DNA of 64,000 bases from Longimicrobiales bacterium. Lineage in GTDB: Bacteria; Gemmatimonadota; Gemmatimonadetes; Longimicrobiales; Gaopeijiaceae. The position numbers were made by a program, and so were the translations under genes. Below are positions 1 to 12,334 of this stretch, in pieces (position 1 is the first letter of the stretch; every line of letters begins with the position of its first letter). The notes beneath the pieces are model-generated. The model was given only the letters and a program-made list of their open reading frames with translations, was not told where the DNA came from and ran no database searches. The stretch is from NCBI GenBank assembly GCA_965198065.1, contig CBDAON010000004.1, forward strand, positions 2,048,001 to 2,112,000, given 5' to 3'.

Positions 1-390
1 CCGGAGGGCAGCGGATACGCTCTCCATGAGCTCGGCGTTGGCCTCTCCAGCCTCCCGGGCCGTCTCGCCCTCGGTTTCCACGGCAAAGGAGATGCGAGCC
101 CGGTTGGGGACGGCCTCGACCTCGCCCACGCCCGTCACCGTGAGCGCGGGCCCCGGCTCCTGTAACGCAGACTGGATCGACGAAAAGGCCAGGTACGCAT
201 CCTCCCAGGCTGCCCGCACAGACGGACCGGTCGTGGCCGGCGCCGGGACCGCAGGGGCCGGGTCCTGGGCGGCCTGCCGGGCCGCGCAGCCGATCGGGGC
301 GAGGAGGCCTGCCAGCGCGACTGCCGCCGCGAAGCCCGGGGGGGGGGCGCCGGGACCGAATCGACCGGGCGATGGCATGGTTGGCTCCAT
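1..390 (-). CDS. SIMPL (DUF541) domain protein, N-terminal part; runs off the window edge
   Basis: Manual translation from ATG 390 or 378: signal-like N-terminus, then LTVTGVGEVEAVPNRARISFAVETEGETAREAGEANAELM, typical of the SIMPL N-terminus. Confidence 0.75.
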   Translation of the reverse strand, partial: MEPTMPSPGRFGPGAPPPGFAAAVALAGLLAPIGCAARQAAQDPAPAVPAPATTGPSVRAAWEDAYLAFSSIQSALQEPGPALTVTGVGEVEAVPNRARISFAVETEGETAREAGEANAELMESVSAALR

Positions 391-601
391 TGCGGTGGGA
401 GGCGATAGAGATCGGCAACGGAAGTCGGGACCGATGCGTAATATAGCTGCGCCCGAGGTCGGGGGTTCCGTGCGGTTGATCCGCCCCTTTGGCTCCGGTA
501 TCCTTCTCGGGCGCCTCCGCGCGGAGGGTGTCGGCGGCCCGACGGGCCGCTGCACGAGTGCGGGCCTTCCCTCGATCCCCTCGGCTCCCCGCGGGCCTTC
601 G

Positions 602-1603
602 ATGAAAGCGATCATCCCCCTCGCGGGTAAGGGCACGCGGCTCCGTCCCCACACGCTCTCGATTCCGAAGTCCCTGGTAGCCGTCGGGGGCCGCCCCGTC
701 ATGAGCTACGTCCTGGACGACCTGAGGGATCTCGGGATCGAGGAGGTCGTCTTTGTCGTGGGATATTTGCGGGAGGCGGTGGCGGAATACGTCTCGCGCG
801 AGTATTCGGGCTTCACGGCGCACTACGTGGTTCAGGACATACAGGACGGCACGGCGGGGGCGGTCGGCCTCGCTGAGCCGTGGGCGGACGAAGATCTCCT
901 CATCGTCTTTGTGGACACGCTCTTCGACGCCGATCTCTCGGTGATCCAGTCACTCCCCTCCGAGTGGGCGGGAATCGTCTGGGCTAAGGAAGTGGAGGAC
1001 TATCAGCGCTTTGGGGTCATCGTGACGGACGAGGACGGCGCGATGACCCGAATCGTCGAGAAGCCGAGGGAGCCCGTCTCGAGACTCGCGAACATCGGGC
1101 TGTACTACATCCGCGACTTCGCGCTCCTCTTCGAGGGCATCCACCACGTGCTCCGCTTGCCCCCGGGGCCCGCGGGCGAGTTCTACCTGACCGACGCGTT
1201 CCAGTACATGGTCGATCACGGGGCGAGGATTCGCACCGCGCCCGTGCGGGGATGGTACGACTGCGGCAACGTCGAGACCCTGATAGAGACGAACCGCCAC
1301 CTCCTAGAGACCTCGCGCGGTGGCGTGGACCCGAGGGCATCGCTCGAGCGATGCGAGGTCCGGGCGCCGGTTCGGGTCGAGGCCGAAGCCCGGCTCGTGA
1401 ACGTTGCCCTGGGGCCGAACGTAACGGTCGAGACGGGCGCGATCGTGGAGGACTCGAGCCTCGAGGACACAATCGTCTGTGAGCGCTCCGTCGTTCGGGG
1501 GTGCCACCTCCGCGGCTCGATCGTGGGGGGGGACTCCCACGTCCAGGGAGTGACCGGGCGGGTGAATCTGGGGCCGTATTCGGAGCTGGACTCGACGTCC
1601 TAA
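602..1603 (+). CDS. Sugar-phosphate nucleotidyltransferase with C-terminal left-handed beta-helix
   Basis: MKAIIPLAGKGTRLRPHT..PK motif, VEKP, GWYDCG; the real start is ATG 602, not the ORF-track start at 26. Confidence 0.9.
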   Translation: MKAIIPLAGKGTRLRPHTLSIPKSLVAVGGRPVMSYVLDDLRDLGIEEVVFVVGYLREAVAEYVSREYSGFTAHYVVQDIQDGTAGAVGLAEPWADEDLLIVFVDTLFDADLSVIQSLPSEWAGIVWAKEVEDYQRFGVIVTDEDGAMTRIVEKPREPVSRLANIGLYYIRDFALLFEGIHHVLRLPPGPAGEFYLTDAFQYMVDHGARIRTAPVRGWYDCGNVETLIETNRHLLETSRGGVDPRASLERCEVRAPVRVEAEARLVNVALGPNVTVETGAIVEDSSLEDTIVCERSVVRGCHLRGSIVGGDSHVQGVTGRVNLGPYSELDSTS

Positions 1604-1615
1604 GCCTGGGACGAA

Positions 1616-1919
1616 ATGGTTGAGGCGGGCCCCGAGGTCATGGTGGCTGTGACCGACACGGGAGTGGGCATCCCGTCGGCGGCACTCCCCAGGATCTTCG
1701 AGCGCTATTACCGGGCCGACTCCGTTGAGGGACCGAAAGGAAGGCGGGACCGGCCTCGGCCTCGCGATCGTCCGGCACCTCGTCCAGTCCATGAAGGGCG
1801 AGGTACGGGCGGAAAGCCAGCTCGGATCCGGAACCACGATCCACTTCAACCTGCCCCGGGTGGACGGCTCGGCGCCCGGGGCGCGATCAGGAACCCACGG
1901 GTCCTCGCTCGGTATTTAA
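1616..1919 (+). pseudogene. Sensor histidine kinase HATPase_c C-terminal fragment, frameshifted
   Basis: [17 protein letters not shown] in one frame and [19 protein letters not shown] in another; no HisKA or sensor part. Confidence 0.75.
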
Positions 1920-2016
1920 TCCCGCTCCGGGGGCGACGAGCGCCCCCCGTTTCGAGGCGCATCTCGGTGGGCCCGCCCACTTCGGGTCCTCCCACTTCCC
2001 TCCGCATCGGGCCGGC

Positions 2017-2490
2017 ATGGACAATCGACACGTCGTTTTCCAGATCACGAACGGAACGTTCCGCGTCGAGCTTTACGAGACCCGGGCTCCACGCACGACG
2101 GCGAACTTCGTCGAGCTAGTGACGAAGCGCTTCTACGATGGTGTGACCTTCCATCGGGTGATCGAGGGGTTCATGATCCAGGGCGGCTGCCCCGAGGGGA
2201 CGGGGCGCGGGGGTCCGGGCTACGCGATCCCAGACGAGTTCCACTCCGAGCTCAGGCACACGGGCGAGGGCGTTCTGTCGATGGCGAACTCAGGGCCCGA
2301 CACGGGCGGGTCCCAGTTCTTCATCACGCTCGCCCCCACACCCTGGCTCGATGATCGGCACGCCGTGTTCGGGCGGGTGGTCGAGGGGATGGACGTCGTG
2401 CGCGAGCTCGGAAAGACGGCCACGGACCGGTCGGACGCGCCGCTCCAGTCGGTGGTGATGGAGAAAGTGTCCATCGAGGAGGCCGAGTGA
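2017..2490 (+). CDS. Cyclophilin-type peptidyl-prolyl cis-trans isomerase
   Basis: [44 protein letters not shown]. Confidence 0.95.
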   Translation: MDNRHVVFQITNGTFRVELYETRAPRTTANFVELVTKRFYDGVTFHRVIEGFMIQGGCPEGTGRGGPGYAIPDEFHSELRHTGEGVLSMANSGPDTGGSQFFITLAPTPWLDDRHAVFGRVVEGMDVVRELGKTATDRSDAPLQSVVMEKVSIEEAE

Positions 2491-2969
2491 AGGACGAAGC
2501 GGTCGTGCCGAGTGAGGGTCCCGAGCCGGCCGAAGACAGGAGGGCGCCGAATCCCTCGCCGGACGAGTGGAGGAATAGGCTCACCCCCGAGCAATACCGG
2601 GTGACGAGAGAGAGCGGTACCGAGCGCGCCTTCACGGGCGAGTATTGGGACTCTAAGGCGGCCGGCACGTACATGTGCGTCTGCTGCGGGGCGCCCCTCT
2701 TCGCGTCGGGCACCAAGTTCGACTCGGGCACGGGATGGCCCTCGTTCTGGGAGCCGATCGACGATGCGAACGTCCGGGAGGTCGAGGACCGCTCCCTGTT
2801 CATGCGGCGCACGGAGGTGGTGTGTGCATCCTGCGACGCCCACCTCGGTCACGTGTTCCCCGACGGCCCTCAGCCCGCGGGTCTACGCTACTGCATGAAC
2901 TCCGCGGCACTGCGCCTGGACCCGGCCCCGGAAGGGGAATCGATGAAGGACGAAGGAACAGATGGGTAA
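2487..2969 (+). CDS. msrB: Peptide-methionine (R)-S-oxide reductase
   Basis: [33 protein letters not shown]. Confidence 0.95.
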   Translation: MKDEAVVPSEGPEPAEDRRAPNPSPDEWRNRLTPEQYRVTRESGTERAFTGEYWDSKAAGTYMCVCCGAPLFASGTKFDSGTGWPSFWEPIDDANVREVEDRSLFMRRTEVVCASCDAHLGHVFPDGPQPAGLRYCMNSAALRLDPAPEGESMKDEGTDG

Positions 2970-3136
2970 GCCACTCGCCTGGGCGGTCTCGGCCTTTTTT
3001 CGGTCGCGCTCCTTGCCGGGTGCTTTGGGAGAACGCCGCCCCCTCCTGGACCGGGATACGAGCGCGGCGGGCTTCCGGACTTGAGGGGGTCGCGGGTGAT
3101 GGTCCTGCCCCTTCAGATCCGGACGGGGGTGCACCC

Positions 3137-4495
3137 CATAAGCGCTAACTTGTTTGCATTGCCATGGTGTTGTATAGTGAGGGCATGAGCAGAACCGTGA
3201 CAGAGGCGCCGACAAGTGAGGACTGGGACCTGCTAGTATCGTTCTTCCCGAGCAACTGGCAGGAGCTGGCAGCGGAGACGGGAGCGCTGCGAGGGTTGCG
3301 CAAGGACAAGTCGCCGGAGAAGCTGCTGCGGACGCTGCTGATCCATCTCGGATGCGGGCATTCGCTGAGAGAAACGGTCGTGCGGGCTCGGCAGGCGAGC
3401 TTGGCGGATCTGTCGGACGTGGCGCTGCTGAAGCGGCTCCGGAAATCGCGGGACTGGCTGTATGCGTTGTGCGTGGAACTGTTCCGGGAGCACGGCATCG
3501 CGGTCTCGTCGGACGGGGGCTTCCAAGTGCGGGTCTTGGACGCCACGACCGTGCAGGAGCCGGGCCGGACCGGATCGTTGTGGAGGCTGCATTACAGCGT
3601 CAACCTGCCTTCGTTGGGCTGCGACTTCTTCAAGCTGACCGGGACGGAAGGGTCCGGGGCGGGCGAGTCGTTCAAACAGTTTCCGATCCGTCCGGGTGAC
3701 TACGTGCTGGCCGACCGGGCCTACTCGAACGCGGCCGGGATCCAGCATGTGGCGATGGCCGGCGGTCACGTAACGGTGCGGGTGAACACCGGGACGCTGC
3801 CGCTGGAGACCGCGGACGGTCAGCCGTTCGAGTTGCTGACAGCCGTGGAATCCCTCGAGCGGCCTGGACCGGTCGGCGCATGGGCGGTGCGCACGGCGGC
3901 CAAGGCCGGCCCCCCGGTCGCAGGCCGAATCTGCGCCGTGCGCAAGACCGACGAAGCGATCGCGGCCGCGCACGCCAAGATCCGCAAGACAGCCCAGCGC
4001 AAGCAAAGCCAGGTCCGGCCGCAAACCCTGCATTTTGCCCGCTACGTCATCGTCTTCACGACCTACCCCCCGGAGGAGTTCTCGCCAGCCGACGTTCTGG
4101 AATGGTACCGCCTACGCTGGCAGGTCGAGCTGGTCTTCAAGCGCTTCAAGTCCCTGGCCCGCCTCGGACATCTGCCGAAGTATGATGACGAAAGCGCGCA
4201 GGCCTGGCTGTACGGCAAACTGCTCGTGGCACTGCTGGTCGAGAAAGTCGTGCGCCACGCCGTGGCTATTTCCCCCTGGGGATACGACGTCGCGACAACG
4301 TCAGCCCCGCAGCCCTTGGCGTGACTTCAAGTTCGCACTCCACCAAGTCGCACGGGCCATCGAACCGGAGTTCTCTCTCGAAAAGATGATCCGCGAGTGG
4401 AGCAAGATCTCGGCTTCCCTGGCCGAACCTCCAAGGCAGAGACTCAACCAGGTGGACCGCCACTTCCCGATAAACTACACAAGTTAGCGCTTATG
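3137..4495 (+). mobile_element. IS4-family insertion sequence with IS186-like ends
   Basis: 17-bp perfect terminal inverted repeats CATAAGCGCTAACTTGT / ACAAGTTAGCGCTTATG; 11-bp target duplication GGGGTGCACCC at 3126-3136 and 4496-4506. Confidence 0.92.
3185..4324 (+). CDS. IS4-family DDE transposase
   Basis: LDATT, LADRAY, YRLRWQVELVFKRFKS (YREK signature). Confidence 0.93.
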   Translation: MSRTVTEAPTSEDWDLLVSFFPSNWQELAAETGALRGLRKDKSPEKLLRTLLIHLGCGHSLRETVVRARQASLADLSDVALLKRLRKSRDWLYALCVELFREHGIAVSSDGGFQVRVLDATTVQEPGRTGSLWRLHYSVNLPSLGCDFFKLTGTEGSGAGESFKQFPIRPGDYVLADRAYSNAAGIQHVAMAGGHVTVRVNTGTLPLETADGQPFELLTAVESLERPGPVGAWAVRTAAKAGPPVAGRICAVRKTDEAIAAAHAKIRKTAQRKQSQVRPQTLHFARYVIVFTTYPPEEFSPADVLEWYRLRWQVELVFKRFKSLARLGHLPKYDDESAQAWLYGKLLVALLVEKVVRHAVAISPWGYDVATTSAPQPLA

Positions 4496-4961
4496 GGGGT
4501 GCACCCCGACGTGGGGCGCGAGATCGAGTTCGCGTTAGGCCGGCCGGGTGGATCCGTGGAGTGGGTCGGTCCCGAGGCCCTCCGAGAGACGATCGCCCGG
4601 AGCCCAGGACTGGAGGTGCAGATCGACGAACTGCCGGTGGGCGTGTTTCTCGCCGGAGCAGTGGAGCGGATCGGCGACCCGCTGTTCAGTGCGCTCTACC
4701 GGCTAGGGGCCCTGACTGACACGCCCGTGGCGCTGCTTCCCGTGGAGGCCAGGGCGCTGGCGCGAGACGGCGAGGAGTCCGTCCAGATCTCGGCCGCCCT
4801 CGTAGACACCCGGACCGGCGTGGTCGTCTGGTTCGGGATCGTGGAGGGCCAGCGAGGCCCGCCGGGAGAACTTTCCCTGGCCGCGACCGCGGCGGATGCT
4901 CTCGCGAGAAGGGTGATGGTCCCCTGAGTCCCCCGAGCCCGCGGCTCGACGAGGGCTTCGC

Positions 4962-5980
4962 ATGGCCAGAACCGTCACGGTAATTCCCGGCGATGGGATT
5001 GGTCCTGAGGTCATGGCGGCCGCTCTCGTCGCCGTGAAGGAGGCGGGGGCGGAGCTGGAGCTCGACGAGTGCCTGGGCGGGATCGCGGCGGTCGAGGCGC
5101 TGAAGGACCCCTTACCGGCCCAGACCCTCGACTCGATCGGGCGCACCGCCGTTGCCCTCAAGGGTCCGCTCACGACCCCCTCGGGCTCGGGCTTCCGCTC
5201 CGTCAATGTCGCCATCCGGAAGGAGTTCGACCTCTACGCAAACGTGCGACCCGCGGTCACGCTGATACCGGGGCAGCGCTACGAGGCCATCGATCTTGTC
5301 CTGATCCGCGAGAACACAGAAGGCCTCTACGTTGGGGTGGAGCACTACATCGGACTCGAGGGCGACCCTAGGGCGGCGGCCGAGTCGGTCATGATCATCA
5401 CCCGATTCGGCTCGGAGCGGATCGTCCGGTACGCGTTCGAGTACGCGGTCCGAAACGCGCGGCGGAAGGTCACCCTCGCGCACAAGGCAAACATCCTCAA
5501 GTACACGCAGGGTCTCTTCTTGGACGTGGGCCGGCACATCGCGAGAGAGTACGAGGGGCAGGTCGAGTTCGAGCATCGGATCATCGACGCGACCGCCATA
5601 CAGCTGGTCCGAAACCCCTACGAGTTCGACGTGCTCGTGATGGAGAACATGTTCGGGGACATCCTGAGCGACTTGATGGCGGGCCTGGTTGGCGGCCTGG
5701 GGATGGCTCCGGCGGGGAACATCGGACAAGACGTGGCCATGTTCGAGGCCGTGCACGGCTCCGCCCCTGATCTCACGGGGCTGGGCGCGGCCAACCCTAC
5801 CGCGCTCATGCTGGCAGCCGCCATGATATGCTGGACCACGTCGATCAACCGGAACCGGCCGGTCGCATTCGCGAGGCCGTGGTCCGGACGCTCGCCGATC
5901 CCGAGCTGCGCACCCGGGACGTGGGGGGAACAGCGAGCACGAGCGAGTTCACGGCCGGGGTCGTGAGGAACCTGAAGTGA
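4962..5980 (+). CDS. Isocitrate/isopropylmalate dehydrogenase family protein (probably NAD-dependent isocitrate dehydrogenase); frameshift near 5828
   Basis: [36 protein letters not shown]; the C-terminus [15 protein letters not shown] continues in another frame to TGA 5980. Confidence 0.85.
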
Positions 5981-5982
5981 GG

Positions 5983-6010
5983 TTGACGCGCCCTGGCCTC
6001 CCGGTAATTT
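5983..6010 (+). promoter_or_regulatory. Putative sigma70 promoter for tRNA-Lys
   Basis: TTGACG-16 nt-TAATTT about 35 nt upstream of the tRNA. Confidence 0.45.
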
Positions 6011-6045
6011 CCCTTCACTCCGAAAGCGCCGAAGCTTTCGGGTCC

Positions 6046-6118
6046 GCGCCGCTAGCTCAATTGGCAGAGCAACGGACTCTTAATCCGTAGGTTCTAGGTT
6101 CGATTCCTAGGCGGCGCA
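6046..6118 (+). tRNA. tRNA-Lys(CTT)
   Basis: Cloverleaf with acceptor stem GCGCCGC/GCGGCGC, anticodon loop CT-CTT-AA, T-loop GGTTCGATTCC. Confidence 0.95.
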
Positions 6119-6601
6119 TTTAGCTGTACGCTTTAGGGGGCAAGGCATCGCGGCATCGTCCCTTCGACTAGGGTTTAGGTAGGGTCAGGCAATTGTGTGC
6201 GGCCAGTGTGCCTGGCTGGAGCGGGAATAGCTCGAGACTCCGCCCCCCGGGGCCCCAGCCACCTCCGGTCCCTTACGTCGCCCCCGGGATCACGGCGCAA
6301 CCTCTGGCTGGCCAGGAACGGCGGGGAGGAGCCCCGCGTAAGCCACTCGCTCTGCCCCGACGCTCCCGTTCGACGGCGATGGATGGTCCCATCCGGTACG
6401 GTTGAGATCCTTCGAGCGAATTCTCCCCTCGCGAGCGCAACGTTGGGGAACGTTTGTTGCTTGACGCGTCGGTGAATCTCGCCCAACGATGCGCGTGTGC
6501 GGGTACAGGCTCATGCGCGAATACGTGCGGGAATCGGTCCGTTATGGGAAAGCGTTGCGCGCTTCGATGAGTGAACTTCGCTGGACCTCTGGGTGCCGCC
6601 G

Positions 6602-6847
6602 ATGAAGCTGGCCGTATTCGATGTCGATGGAACGCTGATCCGGAAGAACACGGTGGAGGATGAGTGTTACCTGGCAGCGCTCGCCGCGGTGTTCGATTTC
6701 CAGAATGTTAGCCCGGACTGGGGCTCATATGCTCATGTCACGGACTCGGGCTTAGCGTTGGAGCTCTGTACGCGGCGCTTAGGACGTGCGCCGACGCCGG
6801 AGGAGAGCGCCGCATTCCGCGATACGTACACCAATCTGATTACGGAA
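6602..6847 (+). pseudogene. HAD-family hydrolase N-terminal fragment truncated by IS1595
   Basis: LAVFDVDGTL (HAD motif I); the ORF runs into the IS terminal repeat at 6848. Confidence 0.75.
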
Positions 6848-6882
6848 GGGGATTACATCCAATCGTAACCACGGCCCCGGTG

Positions 6883-7074
6883 CTACGGGGCCTGTTTCTT
6901 GTCCTGCTTCTGCACGAATTTCCACTCCCCGCGCTTCTTCGGCGGCGTCTTGATGAACGCCTTCATGATGTTCGCGGGCGTGTCAGGGATCGGCTCCGGT
7001 AGCGGGTACTTCACCGGACGGCCACGGGGCTGCTTCGTTCCGGTGGGCTTTGATGGCTTATCGTTGGGTGTCAT
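6883..7074 (-). CDS. Small hypothetical protein inside the IS1595 element
   Basis: 63-aa Pro/Lys-rich ORF (RGRPVKYPLPEPIPDTP) with a plausible RBS, near the IS end. Confidence 0.5.
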   Translation of the reverse strand: MTPNDKPSKPTGTKQPRGRPVKYPLPEPIPDTPANIMKAFIKTPPKKRGEWKFVQKQDKKQAP

Positions 7075-7118
7075 GGGTTTCTCATCGCCTCCGGTGACGG
7101 TCCATAAGAAGCCACGGA

Positions 7119-8273
7119 CTAAAGGTCGTTAGTGTTCTGGTATGTGACTCTGTAGATGGATTCACAGTAATACGTGATCCGAGTCGCGTCTGGCAGCCGC
7201 TGCAAAATCCCGAGACTTTCAAGTTTTTTCAAATCTGATCTCGCCGTCGGATAAGTCACGTTAAATGTTTCCTTCACTCTCACCACAGTCACGACTGGAT
7301 TCTCGAACAGACCATCGATGAGTGTTGAGAGCCGCACGCTTCCGCCTTTGAGACGCGACTGGAAGCCGCGATGAAGGTCGAGTAGCTTATCGCAACGGCG
7401 TTCGGTGTCATTGGCTTGTTCGATAGCTCCCTCTAAGCAGAATTTAACCCAACGATCCCAGTCTCCGTGCGTGCTAACCAAGAGCATTAAGTCCATGTAC
7501 TGCTTCTTGTAACGCTCGAAGTAGGCACTCATATAGAGCCACTGGCTTGACAAGCCGCACCATTCAGCGATGGTCAGCGCCAGCAGTAATCGACCGACAC
7601 GCCCGTTACCATCTTGGAACGGGTGAATCGTTTCAAACTGGTAGTGAGTTAGGAAGGCGCGTACGAGCGGGTCAAGGTCGCCTGGGGTGTTCATGAACAT
7701 TTCCAGGTCGTTCATGGCTGTTATGACGTTCTCTGGCGGCGGCGGAACAAACCTAGCCGGGTACCCAATCTGGTTTTGGATCGTCCGAAACTCTCCAGGC
7801 TGTTCTCCGTAGCCGCGGACACCATCCATCAGAACTTCGTGCAGATTTTGGATTAGGCGTTTCGACAGCGGGAGGCCGCTCTGCTGTCGGAGTTGCAACG
7901 CTCGGCCGTAGTTGAATACTTCTCGGTAAGGATTCAGCGGATCGCCCACAGATGCCGGGTATCTCGGGTCAGCCTGAAAGAGTGCCTGCTTCTGTGGGTC
8001 CGTGAACGTCCCTTCGAGTTGAGACGACCGTTGCGCTTCTAGATGCTGGATCGGACGAAGCAATATCTTAGGATTAGGCAAATGCTTTCCAACCCCATCC
8101 AAGCCAGCGATGCTTGCCCTAGCTTCTACTAGCGTCTGCCAGATGTCATTCGGAAGCTTCCAGGCCCGCGGAGGTAAAGAGTCCGGAATAAAAGCGTGAG
8201 AAACGTCCGTCGACGTATTCGACAGAGGCACCAAAAGACCGGGCTTGTCGTCTGTAAACTCTGATGGGTTCAA
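7119..8273 (-). CDS. Fic-family protein (IS passenger)
   Basis: Fic motif HPFQDGNGRVGR, N-terminal inhibitory-type SSQLEG, C-terminal HTH-like region; visibly lower GC. Confidence 0.92.
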   Translation of the reverse strand: MNPSEFTDDKPGLLVPLSNTSTDVSHAFIPDSLPPRAWKLPNDIWQTLVEARASIAGLDGVGKHLPNPKILLRPIQHLEAQRSSQLEGTFTDPQKQALFQADPRYPASVGDPLNPYREVFNYGRALQLRQQSGLPLSKRLIQNLHEVLMDGVRGYGEQPGEFRTIQNQIGYPARFVPPPPENVITAMNDLEMFMNTPGDLDPLVRAFLTHYQFETIHPFQDGNGRVGRLLLALTIAEWCGLSSQWLYMSAYFERYKKQYMDLMLLVSTHGDWDRWVKFCLEGAIEQANDTERRCDKLLDLHRGFQSRLKGGSVRLSTLIDGLFENPVVTVVRVKETFNVTYPTARSDLKKLESLGILQRLPDATRITYYCESIYRVTYQNTNDL

Positions 8274-8398
8274 TACTTACCACCCCCTACGACGAAAGGC
8301 TTTACTCTTAAGCCGAAAAAGTATAATCATCAACTCATTATTTTAATACTTTGCTTACTGTTAAAATTTGGGGTTTCGGACGGGGCTGGTCGAAATCC

Positions 8399-9340
8399 TC
8401 AATTCGCCACCAGGTCCCGGTAGCGTAGCCGCTTGCCCTCCAGCCCCCGGACGATAGCCCGCATCTGCTGGATGGTGTCGAGCGGTCGGATATTATGGCG
8501 GCCGGAGAACTCGTTGACGTAGCGCTGGAGGTGCTTCGGGGACATCTTGTGGTAGGTGCCGTGGTAGCCGCGCTTGAGCATCGACCAGAAGGACTCCACG
8601 CCGTTCGTGTGGGCCTGGCCGTTCACGTACTCTGACACCGAGTGTTTCACGGTCTCCCGATTGGCGAGGCCATCATACGCCCTCGCTTCGTCCGTGTACA
8701 CCCTGGCCCCATCCGCGACCTGGCCTCGCACGAAACCCTGGAGCGTCGGCCTGTCGGTAGCTTCGACCACGCGAGCAGCCACCCGATTCGTCTCCCGGTC
8801 CTTCGCACCGACGACGGCTGCCTTGCCCACCGGACCCCGGCCCAGGTTCGCCTTCTTGCCTGCGTGCTTGTTCTTCTCCAGCCCACCTACGTAGGTCTCA
8901 TCAATCTCCACCGGACCCTCGAACGGAGCCTGCTGCGTCTCCCACGTCTCCCGGAGCCGGTGTGCTAGGAACCACGCGGCCTTCTGCCCGATCTCTAGAT
9001 CCCGGTGCAGCTTCATGGAGGCTTGACCCTTCAGACCAGTCGCGAGCAGGTAGGAAGCGATCGCCCACACCTGATAGCCGAGATTGCTTCCGGCCATTGC
9101 GGTGCCCGTCTTCACGCTGAAGAACTTCCGGCAACCCTTCTCGCGGCAACGGTAAGGCTGGCTCGGATGCTTCGCGCCTACCTGTACGTTCTCGCCCCCA
9201 CAGTGCGGGCAAGCGGGCTTGCCGTCCCACCGGCACTGAGCGATCCACCGCTCAGCCGTCGCGTCGTCTGGGAACATTCGCATAACCTGAATGAGTGAAA
9301 GCCCCTTCCTAAAGTTCTTGCCGGGTCCTGACTTAGCCAT
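8399..9340 (-). CDS. IS1595-family transposase
   Basis: Zn ribbon CPHC..YRC..C, VEIDETY, VYTDE, HTNGVESFW, YVNEF. Confidence 0.95.
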   Translation of the reverse strand: MAKSGPGKNFRKGLSLIQVMRMFPDDATAERWIAQCRWDGKPACPHCGGENVQVGAKHPSQPYRCREKGCRKFFSVKTGTAMAGSNLGYQVWAIASYLLATGLKGQASMKLHRDLEIGQKAAWFLAHRLRETWETQQAPFEGPVEIDETYVGGLEKNKHAGKKANLGRGPVGKAAVVGAKDRETNRVAARVVEATDRPTLQGFVRGQVADGARVYTDEARAYDGLANRETVKHSVSEYVNGQAHTNGVESFWSMLKRGYHGTYHKMSPKHLQRYVNEFSGRHNIRPLDTIQQMRAIVRGLEGKRLRYRDLVAN

Positions 9341-9352
9341 CGTTTCTCCTAG

Positions 9353-10574
<1,222 letters not shown>

Positions 10575-11113
10575 CAACTGGCTTGCACTCGCTCGTGTGT
10601 GCTCGCTCGCCCTTCGGTAATGCGCCGCTGGGCATCGCGGTTGCGCTCAGGAGGCTCGCTGCGAGCGCGGTTACTCCGGGTCCAAACGCGACTCTTCGCG
10701 AGGCCACCGAGCTACCAGTCCTTCCTTGCGCCAGCGGGTCTTAGGGAGACCAACCGCGGCGCAGGTCGATTCTCTTCAGATCTTCCGCTCCGAGCATCCC
10801 CTACCCTTCGCCTGGACGGTGACGCTGGCAACCTGAATGGAAGCGTAAAGCGTGAACGAGCCATATCCTTGTGCTTCTCCAGCGGGTGGGCCTCGGTCAG
10901 GAGCTGCCTCGCCTGCGTTGGCCCACGGCGAGGAGACTCGGGTCGCGGGTATCACTGCTGCTCAGGGAACCGTTCGATAACGGGCTATGAGGGCCACCTG
11001 CGCAGTCGGTGAGGCACCCGCCCCTCCGCGTCATCCCCGGCGCAAAGTGGGTCGTAAGTGCCTCGATCGGCGGGACACCAACGCCCTCGTGAAGGGAATC
11101 GAGCGGTCAAGGT

Positions 11114-12334
11114 TCAACCTCCCGGAGCAAGCCACCTGAACGCCTGTTCAACGACTTCCACGCCCTGATTCCACACCAATGTTTCCCACTCCTCCGAGTC
11201 CGGATGAAACGCACGTAGCATGCATGTCTTTATCTCTTCCGCCTTCGGATGGTCGGCGCCCCCATGGTGGTGGAGCCAGTTCTCGGCCCTTACCGCCTTG
11301 AATACGTCCATCACCGGTAGCGTACCGAACTCAAGACTCACTGCGGTGACCTCAACGTCGGGAAGCATGCTGGTGATCCCTAACTTGAGAGAGGCATCCA
11401 AGTGAGTGGATACGGACCCACCTGTGACAGTCGAACGCACCCGGTCGGCCCCCCATATCGCCACTGCACGCTGAACGTTGGGTGCGCTCATTGAGTCGTT
11501 CAAGATGATCTCCCCGCTACCGAACGCTCCCAGGCCCGTGTGGATATCGACCAAGACCACGCGTTCCACGTCGGACAGATACCGTTGTGCAATCGACCGG
11601 AGCGTAGAGTTGGACCACGTCTCCGAAGTGCCACCGTAGAACAGTCCGTCCGCGTGGGCGTATTGCCCCCCCTGTACTGCCGCCTGAGCGGCCGCAATAC
11701 CCGCGGTCAGGCGATACCACAGGAGTCGCGCCCACGAGCGTACTTCCGACCCGAACGAGATCGACATAGGTGCAATGACATCGGCGAGATTTTCGTAATC
11801 CGGGTTTTCTGGAGGAGGAATCGTATGGTCCCGGAAGTTCCGGTTAACATCAACGTTGTCTTCGTTGAAGCGTTTCAGGTGCGCCATGCCGTAGGGATTG
11901 ATCCCGTGGATCATCATGAGGCGAACGCCCGTCGGAAGCCGTGAGGTGATTCCTTCGCCAGGAAGACCAGTTTGAATACCTGATCCGGCAAAACCCTCAA
12001 CGCCGTGCGTCCCCGAGCTCAACACAAGGATCGATTTCGCGTCCTCGGGGCCAAAGAGGGCCACATCGGTGAAGAGCGATTCCCCCTGGGGCCCTACCTG
12101 TGGGTTCTGAAAACCCTCGACGATTCCGCCCGCATCCTGGGCCGCGTCAAGGAACCTCTGCCTCGCGACTTCGTAGCTGGATGAGAAATAATCTGCTGTT
12201 CGCACTTCGCTCGCTGCCATGCGTCGAGAGCTGCACTCCGGGCACGCACCATACGTGCCCAAGAAAGCGACGGTCGCGATAACTAAGACCGTGGCTAACC
12301 CCGCTGCTCCGCCAGCCAGGCTTCTTCTGTTCAT
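11114..12334 (-). CDS. DUF2817 / M14-type metallopeptidase, exported
   Basis: SGTHGVEG, NPYG..RFNEDNVDVNRNF, DIHTGLG, LEFGT; N-terminal signal or TM segment. Confidence 0.85.
   Translation of the reverse strand: MNRRSLAGGAAGLATVLVIATVAFLGTYGACPECSSRRMAASEVRTADYFSSSYEVARQRFLDAAQDAGGIVEGFQNPQVGPQGESLFTDVALFGPEDAKSILVLSSGTHGVEGFAGSGIQTGLPGEGITSRLPTGVRLMMIHGINPYGMAHLKRFNEDNVDVNRNFRDHTIPPPENPDYENLADVIAPMSISFGSEVRSWARLLWYRLTAGIAAAQAAVQGGQYAHADGLFYGGTSETWSNSTLRSIAQRYLSDVERVVLVDIHTGLGAFGSGEIILNDSMSAPNVQRAVAIWGADRVRSTVTGGSVSTHLDASLKLGITSMLPDVEVTAVSLEFGTLPVMDVFKAVRAENWLHHHGGADHPKAEEIKTCMLRAFHPDSEEWETLVWNQGVEVVEQAFRWLAPGG

Larger units (their letters stand above)
2962..4927 (+). pseudogene. Putative lipoprotein gene interrupted by an IS4-family element (parts 2962-3136 and 4507-4927)
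   Basis: Lipobox-like LLAGC; removing the IS and one 11-bp duplication restores QIRTGVHP|DVGREIEF in frame; there is an extra one-base slip in the T-run near 2995. Confidence 0.7.

Noticed and set aside
26..601. N-terminal extension of the 525-aa ORF
   Set aside because: It is antisense to the SIMPL gene; nucleotidyltransferase homology starts at ATG 602.
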